From: Mageeibacillus sp. UBA3781
GTDB lineage: Bacteria; Bacillota; Clostridia; Saccharofermentanales; Saccharofermentanaceae
Reading direction: 5' to 3'
NCBI GenBank assembly: GCA_002368805.1
Contig: DFFH01000130.1
Coordinates: forward strand, 10,863-74,862
Length of the DNA: 64,000 nucleotides
Shown: positions 45,543 to 54,818 of the stretch, in pieces
How positions within the stretch are numbered: the stretch's first letter is position 1
Layout of the letters: every line of letters starts with the position of its first letter
Made by a program: the position numbers and the translations under genes
The notes under the pieces: model-generated
Seen by the model: the letters and a program-made list of their open reading frames with translations, nothing else
Databases searched by the model: none
Told to the model about the DNA's origin: nothing

Positions 45543-47207
45543 ATGAGCGAATATAAGAGTTTTATACATGAAGCAATTGAAGAAGATATCGGACCGGGCG
45601 GACGTTACGAAGGTAAGCGTGTACATACCCGTTTCCCACCGGAGCCGAACGGATATCTTCATATCGGTCATGCAAAAGCACTGGAGATCGACTTCGGTAT
45701 GGCAGAACAGTACGGCGGCCTCTGTAACCTCCGTATGGACGATACCAATCCGACCAAAGAAGATGAAGAATATGTAGAAGCTATCAAAGAAGATATCAAG
45801 TGGCTCGGTCATGACTGGGACGACCGCTTCTACTATGCATCTTCCTACTTTGATAAGATGTACGAATATGCGGTAGAGCTCATCAAAAAGGGTCTGGCTT
45901 ATGTCTGCCAGCTGACTCCTGAAGAAATGAAGGAGCACAGAGGTGACCTGACACACCCTGCAACGAGCCCATACCGTGACCGTCCGATCGAAGAGAGTCT
46001 GGATCTCTTTGAGAGAATGAAGAACGGTGAATTTGAAGACGGTGCCATGACACTTCGTGCGAAGATCGATCTGGCTTCCGGTAACTTTAATATGCGTGAC
46101 CCTGCGATCTATCGAATCAACCATATGCGTCACCATAACACAGGCGACAAATGGTGCATCTACCCGATGTACGACTTCGCTCACCCGATCGAAGATGCTC
46201 TTGAAGGTATCACACACTCCCTCTGCTCCCTCGAGTTTGAGGCTCACAGACCGCTCTATGACTGGGTCATCGAGAATGTGTCCGTTCCTTCCAAACCGCG
46301 TCAGATCGAGTTTGCAAGACTCGGCATCACACATACGGTCCTCTCCAAGAGAAAGCTCCGTAACATGGTCGAGACCGGTCTGGTAGATGGATGGGACGAT
46401 CCGCGTATGCCAACCCTCTGCGGACTGCGCCGCCGTGGATACACACCGGCATCGATCCACAATTTCCATTCCAGAAATGGTATCTCCAAGGTAAATGCGG
46501 TGGTTGACTATGCATTCCTGGAGTACTGCCTGCGTGAAGATCTTAATGCGACAGCAAAGCGTGTCATGGGTGTCGTTCATCCGGTAAAGCTGATCATCGA
46601 TAACTATCCGGAAGATATGACTGAAACCTTTACCGTCGAGAATAACCCGGAACGTCCAGAGGATGGAACGCGTGAAGTTTCCTTCTCCAAGGAACTCTGG
46701 ATCGAAGCGGATGACTTTATGGAAGTTCCGGAAAAGAAATACTTCCGTCTCTTCCCGGGAAATGAAGTCAGACTTAAGTCCGCTTATGTCATCAAGTGCA
46801 CAGGCTGCGACAAAGATGAAAACGGCAATGTGACCGCAGTTCATGCCGAGTACGAAGAGTCCAGCCGTGGCGGCAATCCTGCAGACGGACGCCGTATCAA
46901 GGCAACGATCCACTGGGTAGATACAAAGACTGCGCTGGATGCGACTGTACGTCTCTATGACCGTCTCTTTACCGTAGAAGCGCCGGACCTCGCAGATTGC
47001 AATTATCTCGATTACATCAATCCGGACTCCCTCAAAGTGGTAGAAGGCGCGAAAGTCGAGGCTTCCCTCGCTGATGCCAAGCCCGCAGACAGATTCCAGT
47101 TCTTAAGACTTGGTTACTTCTGCATGGACACCAAGGATAGCAAACCAGGAAAGCTCGTCTTTAACAGAAGTGTTTCACTGAAAGACAGCTACAAGCCGCA
47201 GTCCTGA
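45543..47207 (+). CDS. glnS: glutamine--tRNA ligase
   Basis: VHTRFPPEPNGYLHIGHAKAL is the HIGH motif and VLSKRKL is the KMSKS-type motif. The C-terminal GlnRS beta-barrels are present. The probable start is MSEYKSF at 45543. Confidence 0.95.
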   Translation: MSEYKSFIHEAIEEDIGPGGRYEGKRVHTRFPPEPNGYLHIGHAKALEIDFGMAEQYGGLCNLRMDDTNPTKEDEEYVEAIKEDIKWLGHDWDDRFYYASSYFDKMYEYAVELIKKGLAYVCQLTPEEMKEHRGDLTHPATSPYRDRPIEESLDLFERMKNGEFEDGAMTLRAKIDLASGNFNMRDPAIYRINHMRHHNTGDKWCIYPMYDFAHPIEDALEGITHSLCSLEFEAHRPLYDWVIENVSVPSKPRQIEFARLGITHTVLSKRKLRNMVETGLVDGWDDPRMPTLCGLRRRGYTPASIHNFHSRNGISKVNAVVDYAFLEYCLREDLNATAKRVMGVVHPVKLIIDNYPEDMTETFTVENNPERPEDGTREVSFSKELWIEADDFMEVPEKKYFRLFPGNEVRLKSAYVIKCTGCDKDENGNVTAVHAEYEESSRGGNPADGRRIKATIHWVDTKTALDATVRLYDRLFTVEAPDLADCNYLDYINPDSLKVVEGAKVEASLADAKPADRFQFLRLGYFCMDTKDSKPGKLVFNRSVSLKDSYKPQS

Positions 47208-47232
47208 TCCTTACATGAAACCGGTAAAAACA

Positions 47233-47275
47233 AAAGAGGCGCTTCTTGATCGAGGCGCCTCTTCTCTTTTCTCTT
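47233..47275 (+). terminator. rho-independent terminator of gltX-glnS
   Basis: Stem agaggcgc (47235..47242) / gcgcctct (47255..47262) is followed by the T-rich tctcttttctcttt. Confidence 0.6.
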
Positions 47276-47298
47276 TATGCTTGAACAATATGCAAATT

Positions 47299-47335
47299 AA
47301 AAAGCACTGTCACATTACCTGCAACAGTGCTTTTC
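47299..47335 (-). terminator. terminator after sepF (hairpin usable in both directions)
   Basis: 10-bp stem aaagcactgt (47301..47310) / acagtgcttt (47324..47333). On the minus strand it is followed by tttaatttg. Confidence 0.6.
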
Positions 47336-47354
47336 TATTTATAATTTGAATAAA

Positions 47355-47873
47355 TCAGAGTACCTGACGATACTGGTTTGCCTGAGCCTGCTCAGCTTCC
47401 TGCTTAGCAAGAGCATCACGGTCCATAAGAGCAACTGTTCTCGGAGCAACTACGAAAGTCTTTCTGTTCTGATCGATCGGCTTAACATTACCATCGATAG
47501 AATAAGCTGCACCGGAGATATAGTCGATTACACGCTGTGCAACGGAACGATCAACATTCTCGATGTTGCAGATTACTGTGTGACCTGCACGGATGTGATC
47601 ACAAACCTGCTGAGAAGAACGGATGCTATCCGGCTGAAGGATAACTACCTGAGTATCTGTAGCCTGTACACTCTTGATCGGTACGATACGATTGCTGTTC
47701 ATTTCCGGAATCGGAAGCGGTTCCATATCAGCGTAATCGCTCTCTTCTACATGAAGACCATCGAGGTTTTCATCCTGGTACTCATCCTCATAAATTCCGT
47801 CTTCACCCTCGTAATAATCATTGTTGTCAACGCCTGCGATCTTGTTCACGAGACTATTCCAAAAACCTGCCAT
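47355..47873 (-). CDS. sepF: cell division protein SepF
   Basis: Starts MAGFWNSLVNKIAG and continues with an acidic linker. The conserved core reads VVILQPDSIRSSQQVCDHIRAGHTVICNIENVDRSVAQRVIDYISGAAYSIDG. A GGAGG RBS precedes the ATG at 47873. Confidence 0.9.
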   Translation of the reverse strand: MAGFWNSLVNKIAGVDNNDYYEGEDGIYEDEYQDENLDGLHVEESDYADMEPLPIPEMNSNRIVPIKSVQATDTQVVILQPDSIRSSQQVCDHIRAGHTVICNIENVDRSVAQRVIDYISGAAYSIDGNVKPIDQNRKTFVVAPRTVALMDRDALAKQEAEQAQANQYRQVL

Positions 47874-47935
47874 AACTACCTCCAAAATTTACTGCTACAG
47901 TGCTTCTGAGCACTTGCGAATTTCACTATGAGGTT

Positions 47936-47964
47936 AGTATAGAACTACGTTTTTTCGCTTTCAA
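47936..47964 (-). promoter_or_regulatory. putative sigma-A promoter of sepF
   Basis: On the minus strand: TTGAAA (47964..47959), a 17-nt spacer, then TATACT (47941..47936). Confidence 0.5.
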
Positions 47965-48062
47965 TAGAATCGGATCAAAGGTAAATAACATGTAACTTTG
48001 ACATATTCCATGTAATTTTGCTGAAACATATTAAAGTTTTCATGTAACATTTTGTGTAATAA

Positions 48063-48791
48063 TCACACAGGATCCGGATAGTCACGCTTTCCGAAGATCG
48101 CTGTCCCGATACGCACATGTGTCGCACCGCAGATGATGGCATCCTTATAATCTCCGCTCATTCCCATCGAGAGATACTTCCAGGAAGAATTATCCGCACC
48201 AAGTGTTTTTAAATCATCAAAAAGCACTTTCGCCTTCTCAAAGACTTCTCTCGCCTGTCCTTCCTTCTGCTGGATCGGCGCCATCGTCATGAGGCCGCAG
48301 ACCTGAAGGGATGGAAGAGCGAGGATATCTGAAAACTGCGACTTCACTTCTTCCTCGGTAAAGCCATGCTTACTCTCCTCGCCGGACACGTTTACTTCCA
48401 GAAGGATCTTCGCTTCTATGTCTTTTGCCTGATATCTTTTCGAGATCTCTTTGGCAAGAGAAATCGTATCCACAGAGTGGATCAGGTACGGATCTCCCGC
48501 GATCATTCGTACTTTACGGCTCTGAATAGTACCGATGAGATGCCAGTTCGGATGGATCCCCTCCTGATCCAGCGTCTCTTTTTTCGCATGAAGTTCCTCA
48601 GGTCTGTTCTCACCGAGATCTGTAAGGCCAAGGGAAAAAGCCTGTGCTGCATATTCTGCAGGGAAAAACTTGGAAACACCGATAAGCGTGATTTCTTTCG
48701 GATCTCTTCCCGCTTCTCTTGCGGCATCCGCGATCTGCCCGCGGACCTTCTCTATATTTTCCTTCATCTGTTCCGGACTATACATATTCAT
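48063..48791 (-). CDS. yggS: YggS-family pyridoxal-phosphate homeostasis protein
   Basis: Carries TLIGVSKFFP (PLP Lys), WHLIGTIQSRK, LSMGMSGDY and THVRIGTAIFG. Confidence 0.9.
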   Translation of the reverse strand: MNMYSPEQMKENIEKVRGQIADAAREAGRDPKEITLIGVSKFFPAEYAAQAFSLGLTDLGENRPEELHAKKETLDQEGIHPNWHLIGTIQSRKVRMIAGDPYLIHSVDTISLAKEISKRYQAKDIEAKILLEVNVSGEESKHGFTEEEVKSQFSDILALPSLQVCGLMTMAPIQQKEGQAREVFEKAKVLFDDLKTLGADNSSWKYLSMGMSGDYKDAIICGATHVRIGTAIFGKRDYPDPV

Positions 48792-48793
48792 GG

Positions 48794-50611
48794 TTATTTT
48801 TCCACCTTGTCCCCTTCTTTTACAGTCTGGGGATTCGTTATAACGATCGTACTGATACTCGGGATGTCTGTATTCTCAAGCGGCGCTATGATAGCATATT
48901 CACGGTCATAATCACGGATCTGGACTGTATAGCCTCTCGCGTATCCACTCTCATTTACGAAGATTGTAGCGATTCCTCTGTCATAATCCGCGTTAGCAAG
49001 CGAAGATACCGGGACGCGGATACCCGTTGTCTTCGTCTGAACGATCTCAATATTCACAGTGCGGCGGTCCAAAAGACGCTCCACCTGGTTGGAAGTCTCG
49101 AAAACGACAAGGATTCCGTCACGCGTAACAGAACAGCGGATCACCTTACAATCGGAGATCGAGATACCTTCCGCCGGGATACGGATCACATGATTCGAAC
49201 CAAGCTGGAATTCCTCCATCGGAGCATTCTTAAGAAGACATGCGAAATACTGGACATCGTTCTGGACAATACGAAGAACAGGCTCATTCTGCTTGATCTT
49301 CAGGTCACCGGTAATGATACTGCTGGAATTGGAGATGAGTTCTTCACACTTGGAGTCCACCATGTCCATCAGGAGCTGCTTCGTGATCGTATTCTCCTGA
49401 CCGTCAAGCTTATAAGAGATGATACCCGGCATTTCCGCATAGATAGAATTCGCACGGTTTTCCAGCTGCGTCTGAAGTGCCGTCTCACTGGTGCGCAGAG
49501 CGGTCAGCTGCTCATCATCAAAATCGATCGTCTTGAGATTGACGTCTCTTTTTTCCATAAGGACTCGGATCGAGGATGAATAGCTGGTCATATTATTCAG
49601 CTTATTAAGGATCGCATCCTGACGGATCATGGTAATGATCGGGCGGATCTCATCATTTGCCTGACTGAATACAGCCTTTGCCGCGACACCTTTTCCCTGA
49701 TTCATAAGCTGGCGCTCGAGATCGACGATCTGCTGCTCGACATTATGGAGCTCTGCCATCGTCGTTTCCATACCTTCCGGAATGACCATCGCAAGGTGCT
49801 GGCTCTTGGCGACACGGCTTCCTTCCGTTGCCTGAGCCATCAGGTCTCCTGTATGTGTGGAAGTCATAACGGTCTCATTTCTCACCACCAGTGCGGTAGC
49901 ACCTATGGTATGTTCGATAGATCCTTCGGCTGCAAAAGCATATGCGGGTTTTGCCGCCACATAATCTACGATATAAAGTACAGCAATGACCATCATGCCG
50001 ATCAGGATCAGGATACATAAAAATGCGTTAAAAGCCGCGCGAAGTCCGTCTCTCTTACGCATCTTCGCCATATGTTTTCTTCTCTCTTCCGCGGACTCGG
50101 GACGAGTCTCCTCGAGAACATCCGGAACAGCAGCTTCTTTCTTAGCGGCTTCTTCCTCCGCCTTCTGCTTCTGTTTCTGGATAAGTCTGTTCTTTCTGTG
50201 AACCTTTCGGACCTGCCACCAGGACAGTTTCTTCGGAGGTGTTTTTACCTGTTCTTTCTCAACAGCTGCACTCAGTTCAGGTTCATCACCGAAGAGAGGT
50301 CTGCTGAACTTCGGATCCATTAGATCCGAAGGACGTCCGGAAACAGCAGAATTATTCGGGTTTACTCCTGGTCTTTGGCCGGAAGAGCGCGATACAGCAC
50401 CGGAACGGTCGGTATTCTTACGGACCGGTCTTTGCTGGTTCTGTCTTCTGGGATCGGGTTTATTGTCTGCGTTAGGTCTCTGCTTCATGCGGGAGGCACC
50501 GGAAACACGCCCCGACTCCGGCCGGTGTATCGGCTGATTCGCGGGACGTTTCCCCTGAAGCTTTCCATTATTCGGGCGTTTGCCGTTATTCGGGCGTTTT
50601 CCTATCGCCAT
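48794..50611 (-). CDS. membrane-anchored HlyD/membrane-fusion-like protein with disordered basic N-terminus
   Basis: The N-terminus has a tandem GKRPNNGKRPNNGK repeat. One TM segment (FLCILILIGMMVIAVLYIV) is present. A coiled-coil segment is flanked by beta-barrel-like segments. Family assignment is tentative. Confidence 0.5.
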   Translation of the reverse strand: MAIGKRPNNGKRPNNGKLQGKRPANQPIHRPESGRVSGASRMKQRPNADNKPDPRRQNQQRPVRKNTDRSGAVSRSSGQRPGVNPNNSAVSGRPSDLMDPKFSRPLFGDEPELSAAVEKEQVKTPPKKLSWWQVRKVHRKNRLIQKQKQKAEEEAAKKEAAVPDVLEETRPESAEERRKHMAKMRKRDGLRAAFNAFLCILILIGMMVIAVLYIVDYVAAKPAYAFAAEGSIEHTIGATALVVRNETVMTSTHTGDLMAQATEGSRVAKSQHLAMVIPEGMETTMAELHNVEQQIVDLERQLMNQGKGVAAKAVFSQANDEIRPIITMIRQDAILNKLNNMTSYSSSIRVLMEKRDVNLKTIDFDDEQLTALRTSETALQTQLENRANSIYAEMPGIISYKLDGQENTITKQLLMDMVDSKCEELISNSSSIITGDLKIKQNEPVLRIVQNDVQYFACLLKNAPMEEFQLGSNHVIRIPAEGISISDCKVIRCSVTRDGILVVFETSNQVERLLDRRTVNIEIVQTKTTGIRVPVSSLANADYDRGIATIFVNESGYARGYTVQIRDYDREYAIIAPLENTDIPSISTIVITNPQTVKEGDKVEK

Positions 50612-50614
50612 AGA

Positions 50615-51895
50615 TCAAGTCTTCTCCAACATTCCTGAAACGGCCTGCATGACCGCCAGTTTCACCTGTTCAAATACAAGACCGCCCTGCATATATACGA
50701 GGTAAGGCGGTTTTACCGGACCATCGGCCGAGAACTCGATCGATGCTCCCTGTACAAAAGCACCTGCCGCCATGACCACCTGCGCATCATAACCGGGCAT
50801 ATCCCACGGTTCCGGAGATACGAAGGAATCTACCGGCGAACAGCTCTGTACATTCTTACAAAAGTTTACCATTTGTTTCTCATCCGGGAAAGCCACACTT
50901 TGCACAATATCTCCCCGCGGATCATCAAAACGCGGTTCGCATCTGCATCCTGCCATCTCGAGCATCTTTGCAGCAAATACCGCGCCCTTCATCGCTTCAG
51001 AAACGACATGCGGTGCCAGGAAAAGACCCTGTGCGATCTGACGGTTAAATCCGAGGCTCGGTCCGACATGAGATCCGAGGCCGGGTGCCGTGACGCGTTC
51101 CGCAACGCGCTCGACAAGTTCTTTTTTACCTGCAACATATGCACCGGAAGGACAGATTCCGCCTCCGGCGTTCTTGATGAGAGAACCTGCACAAAGATCG
51201 GCGCCGAGTGCACAGGGTTCCTGTGTCTCTACAAATTCACCATAACAGTTATCCACGAAGACGATGATATCTTCTCTTATACCTTTGACCAGATCGACGA
51301 CCGCCTTGATATCTTCCGCACGAAGGCATCTTCTGGACGTATATCCCTTTGACTTCTGAAGGAAAACGACCTTGGTCTCAGGCTTGATGGCCGCGCGGAT
51401 CGCGTCAAGATCAGGAGATCCGTCATCTTTCAGCTGAACCTCGTTATATTTCATGCCGTAATCCAGAAGAGATCCGGTAAACGTATCGTCTTTCTTCTCG
51501 ACTCCCAGTGCGGAAGCAAGCGTATCATACGGTCTTCCACTGGCCGCGAGCATCTCCTCGCCTGGTTTCAGGATACCGAACAGGCATGCGACAAGGATCT
51601 GCGTACCGCAGGTGACCTGGATACGCACATAGGCAGCCTCCGCTCCGAAAAGCTCGGCATACATCTCCTCGATCTTCTCTCTGCCCATATCATCGTAACC
51701 GTAACCGGTCGTGGCACCTAGGTGAGCTTCTGCAAAACGTGCATTGCGGAATGCCTGCAGCACGCGAAGCTGGTTATACTCCTTGATTCTATCGATTCTT
51801 TCAAATACAGAAGAAACGGTGGTCATCGCTTCTTTCGCCATGTCAACCACCGTATCACTGATTCCATACATTGATTTGAATGGATCCTGATTCAT
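50615..51895 (-). CDS. methionine gamma-lyase-family protein (YnbB / aluminium-resistance-protein family, PLP-dependent)
   Basis: Carries NQLRVLQAFRNARFAEAHLGATTGYGYDDMGREKIEEMYAELFGAEAA and LQKSKGY, typical of the YnbB family (motif recall). Confidence 0.75.
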   Translation of the reverse strand: MNQDPFKSMYGISDTVVDMAKEAMTTVSSVFERIDRIKEYNQLRVLQAFRNARFAEAHLGATTGYGYDDMGREKIEEMYAELFGAEAAYVRIQVTCGTQILVACLFGILKPGEEMLAASGRPYDTLASALGVEKKDDTFTGSLLDYGMKYNEVQLKDDGSPDLDAIRAAIKPETKVVFLQKSKGYTSRRCLRAEDIKAVVDLVKGIREDIIVFVDNCYGEFVETQEPCALGADLCAGSLIKNAGGGICPSGAYVAGKKELVERVAERVTAPGLGSHVGPSLGFNRQIAQGLFLAPHVVSEAMKGAVFAAKMLEMAGCRCEPRFDDPRGDIVQSVAFPDEKQMVNFCKNVQSCSPVDSFVSPEPWDMPGYDAQVVMAAGAFVQGASIEFSADGPVKPPYLVYMQGGLVFEQVKLAVMQAVSGMLEKT

Positions 51896-52326
51896 TAGAT
51901 TCCGTAAACCTCCTCAGGGCTTAAGATCCTGATTCCTGCTTCTTCAAATTTCCTGATCACCGGATCGAAATTCTGGACCCGGATCACCATAACAGCTTCA
52001 TCGGATTTACGGCCGACGAATCCGTAGATGTACTCCATCGACTCTCCTGTCGTAGAGAATGTGGAAAGTGCCGCATCCAGCGTTCCGGCCTTATCCGGGA
52101 TCGCGATTGCCAGTACCGGAGTCATGCTCACGGTAAATCCGGATTCCGTCAGGATCATGACGGCCTCTTCCGGTTTGTCGAGGATCATGCGGAGAATACC
52201 ATAGTCCGTGGAATCCGCTACAAACAGAGCACGGATATCAATATCTGCCTTACCTAGAACCTTTGTCACCTCGGCGAGTCGGCCGAAGGAATTCTCGAGA
52301 AAAACATTGATCTGCTTTACTAACAT
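51895..52326 (-). CDS. ACT-domain (tandem) amino-acid-binding protein
   Basis: MLVKQINVFLENSFGRLAEVTKVLGKADIDIRALFVADSTDYGILRMI has the ACT fold pattern. An AAGGAGG RBS precedes the ATG at 52326. The stop shares 1 nt with the ynbB-like start (TAATG). Confidence 0.8.
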   Translation of the reverse strand: MLVKQINVFLENSFGRLAEVTKVLGKADIDIRALFVADSTDYGILRMILDKPEEAVMILTESGFTVSMTPVLAIAIPDKAGTLDAALSTFSTTGESMEYIYGFVGRKSDEAVMVIRVQNFDPVIRKFEEAGIRILSPEEVYGI

Positions 52327-52378
52327 ACGAGAGTCCTCCTTCTCATTTATAAAACCATTATATCTTAAAAAAGCACTT

Positions 52379-52975
52379 TTAAGAAACGAAATCTCTTCCT
52401 TTATTAAATGCTTCCACATTCATCGGGATCAGCTTCGCCTTAGAAGCAAATGCTTCGTTGATGGCCTCGATCCACAGGTCCTTCGGGAAATCCATACCTG
52501 CGGAAAGTGCACCGACCATAACCATGTTTACGGCTTTGCTGCTGCCGCAGGAAAGAGCGGCGGACAGTGCATCAAACTCGACGACCTTCGCATTTCCGGA
52601 TGCCGCGGTATCAAGAGAATCCTTGATGTTCTCCGGATACTCGGCATTACCGAGGAGTACCGGAAGAGATTTGATCTTCTGAGAGTTCACGAGAAGAACG
52701 CCGTCTTTTTTGAGAAGGTTTGCCCAGCGGACTGCTTCCACTTCTTCAAAAGACAGAACATAGTCCGCCATACCTTCTTCAATGATCGGTGAATATACCT
52801 TCTCACCCATTCTTACATATGTGATAACGGAACCGCCGCGCTGGCTCATGCCGTGTACTTCCGACACTTTGATATCCAGGCCCTGCTTCATGGCAAGAAT
52901 GCCGAGAAGCTTACCGGCGATCAAGGTTCCCTGTCCGCCGACACCGGCGAGTACGATTGAAATATCCTTTGCCAT
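52379..52975 (-). CDS. iorB: indolepyruvate ferredoxin oxidoreductase subunit beta
   Basis: Carries MAKDISIVLAGVGGQGTLIAGKLLG. The protein is ~198 aa and lies immediately downstream of iorA with a 1-nt gap. Confidence 0.85.
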   Translation of the reverse strand: MAKDISIVLAGVGGQGTLIAGKLLGILAMKQGLDIKVSEVHGMSQRGGSVITYVRMGEKVYSPIIEEGMADYVLSFEEVEAVRWANLLKKDGVLLVNSQKIKSLPVLLGNAEYPENIKDSLDTAASGNAKVVEFDALSAALSCGSSKAVNMVMVGALSAGMDFPKDLWIEAINEAFASKAKLIPMNVEAFNKGRDFVS

Positions 52976-52976
52976 A

Positions 52977-54761
52977 TTACGCCTCCTCCTTCTTGGAAAG
53001 TGCATCGAACTTGCACATATTGATGCACAGACCGCAGGCGTTACAAGCCTCCGGATCGATGACCGGCTTCTTATCCGGACCGGCTACCAGCGCCGGGCAC
53101 ATGATACGGGAGCAGGCTCCGCACTTCTTACAATTCTCATCATTCAGAACGATAGAGACACCCTTCGGCTTCTTGCCGGTCGGGATCAGTGCACACGGAC
53201 GGCGAACGATAATAACGGAAACACAGTCCTTGGCGATCTCTTCTTTTACGATCTTCTCTACTTCAAAAGTATCAACAGGATCGACGGTTCTTACGGATGT
53301 AACTCCGACGCTTCTGCAGAGAGTCTCCAGATCGATGGCCGGAGCCGGCTGCAGACGGATATTCTTACCGGAAGCAGGATTCTGCTGATGTCCTGTCATA
53401 CCCGTAATGGAGTTATCGAGGATCATAACGGTGATTGCACTCTGGTTATATACGGCATTGATGAGGTTCGTGATACCGGAGTGCAGAAATGTGGAGTCAC
53501 CGATAACCGCAACTGTCTTCTTGCTGTCTTCTCCGTCACTGGCCTTGTCAAAACCGTGTGCCATACCGACAGAAGCACCCATGCAGACGGAAACGTCCAT
53601 CGCAGCTGTCGGCGGAAGTGTACCGAGCGTATAGCATCCGATATCACCCATGACTTGAACCTTCGCACGGTTCAGTGCGAGGAACATACCCTTATGCGGG
53701 CATCCAGCGCACAGAAGCGGCGGACGGCCCGGAGCCTTCGGGAGCTTGTCGAGGTCAAGTGCTTTTTCCGGAAGAGCTTCCGAAGAAAGCGCAGCGCGGA
53801 TCATACGGGCGCTGTATTCGCCCTGCAGTGTGAAAAGGTCTTTACCTTCACAGGCGATACCTGCCGCCTTGATCTCTGTCTCCATGAAAGGATCGAGTTC
53901 TTCCACGATGACCAGACGATCTACTTTCGAAGCGAAATCGCGGATCAGATCCATCGGCAGCGGCCATACACAGCCGAGTTTCAAAACAGATGCAGACGGA
54001 ACCGCTTCTTTTACATACTGGTAAGAAGCGCCTGCCGTAATGATTCCGAGCTTGGTGTCGTTCATCTCGAGCTTATGGATACCCATGCCGAGGAATTCCT
54101 CATTGGAAGCCTTTGCAATATCGAGTGTTCTCTGTTCAACAACGACATGACGCTTGATGGCCATCGCCGGCATCATAACGTACTTATTTACATTTTTCTC
54201 ATACGGCTTGACAACGATGTCTTCCGGATCAGACAGTTCAACAATAGAACGGGAGTGAGATACACGGGTGTGCATACGCAGGATCACCGGAGTATCAAAG
54301 CGCTCGGACAGTTCGAAAGCCTTCTTTGCGAAATCTTTGCACTCCTGGCTGTCAGACGGCTCGAGGATCATGAGCTTTGCGGCACGGCCATAGTTACGGC
54401 TGTCCTGCTCATCCTGAGAGCTGTGCATGCCCGGGTCATCCGCAACAACGAATACCAGACCGCCGTTAACTCCCTCATAAGCGGCTGTAAACATCGGGTC
54501 TGCGGCAACATTCATACCAACATGCTTCATACATGTCATCGCGCGTGCGCCACGGATACTTGCACCGATCGCAACCTCGGATGCGACTTTTTCATTCGTC
54601 GCCCACTCGCAGTAGATGCGGTCATAGGTGGCGATCGCCTCTGTGATCTCTGTGCTCGGGGTGCCGGGATAGGAGGAAACCACTTTCACTCCAGCCTCAT
54701 AAGCGCCACGTGCAACAGCTTCATTACCTAACATGATCTGTTTCACTTCTTCGTACCTCAC
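52977..54761 (-). CDS. iorA: indolepyruvate ferredoxin oxidoreductase subunit alpha
   Basis: Has the TPP-binding GDIGCYTLG...GDSTFLHSG motifs. The C-terminal 2x[4Fe-4S] ferredoxin motifs are CKKCGACSRIMCP and CNACGLCINMC. Confidence 0.9.
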   Translation of the reverse strand: MRYEEVKQIMLGNEAVARGAYEAGVKVVSSYPGTPSTEITEAIATYDRIYCEWATNEKVASEVAIGASIRGARAMTCMKHVGMNVAADPMFTAAYEGVNGGLVFVVADDPGMHSSQDEQDSRNYGRAAKLMILEPSDSQECKDFAKKAFELSERFDTPVILRMHTRVSHSRSIVELSDPEDIVVKPYEKNVNKYVMMPAMAIKRHVVVEQRTLDIAKASNEEFLGMGIHKLEMNDTKLGIITAGASYQYVKEAVPSASVLKLGCVWPLPMDLIRDFASKVDRLVIVEELDPFMETEIKAAGIACEGKDLFTLQGEYSARMIRAALSSEALPEKALDLDKLPKAPGRPPLLCAGCPHKGMFLALNRAKVQVMGDIGCYTLGTLPPTAAMDVSVCMGASVGMAHGFDKASDGEDSKKTVAVIGDSTFLHSGITNLINAVYNQSAITVMILDNSITGMTGHQQNPASGKNIRLQPAPAIDLETLCRSVGVTSVRTVDPVDTFEVEKIVKEEIAKDCVSVIIVRRPCALIPTGKKPKGVSIVLNDENCKKCGACSRIMCPALVAGPDKKPVIDPEACNACGLCINMCKFDALSKKEEA

Positions 54762-54818
54762 TTATATTCAGTTAGTGTTCACTAGAATTAGCACCCGTCT
54801 ATTGTATCATGTTTTGAC

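Noticed and set aside
45486-46913. 475-aa ORF antisense to glnS. Similar long ORFs are 13735..15228 and 15340..16473 opposite ileS, 27602..29089 opposite GH3 and 22045..23217 opposite the kinase. Others are 30762..31838 opposite the SseB-like gene, 25497..26558 opposite GH2 and 6039..7034 opposite the S1 region.
   Set aside because: All are in the codon-aligned antisense frame of genes with strong homology signatures. Their translations are low-complexity and rich in R/L/S/I/F, with no recognisable motifs or RBS. Their length is explained by sense-strand avoidance of TTA/CTA/TCA codons.
50566-50602. 18-nt tandem DNA repeat (ttattcgggcgttt x2) at the 5' end of the HlyD-like gene.
   Set aside because: It only encodes the duplicated GKRPNN peptide in a disordered basic N-terminus. 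With just two copies, it gives no evidence of phase-variable slippage.
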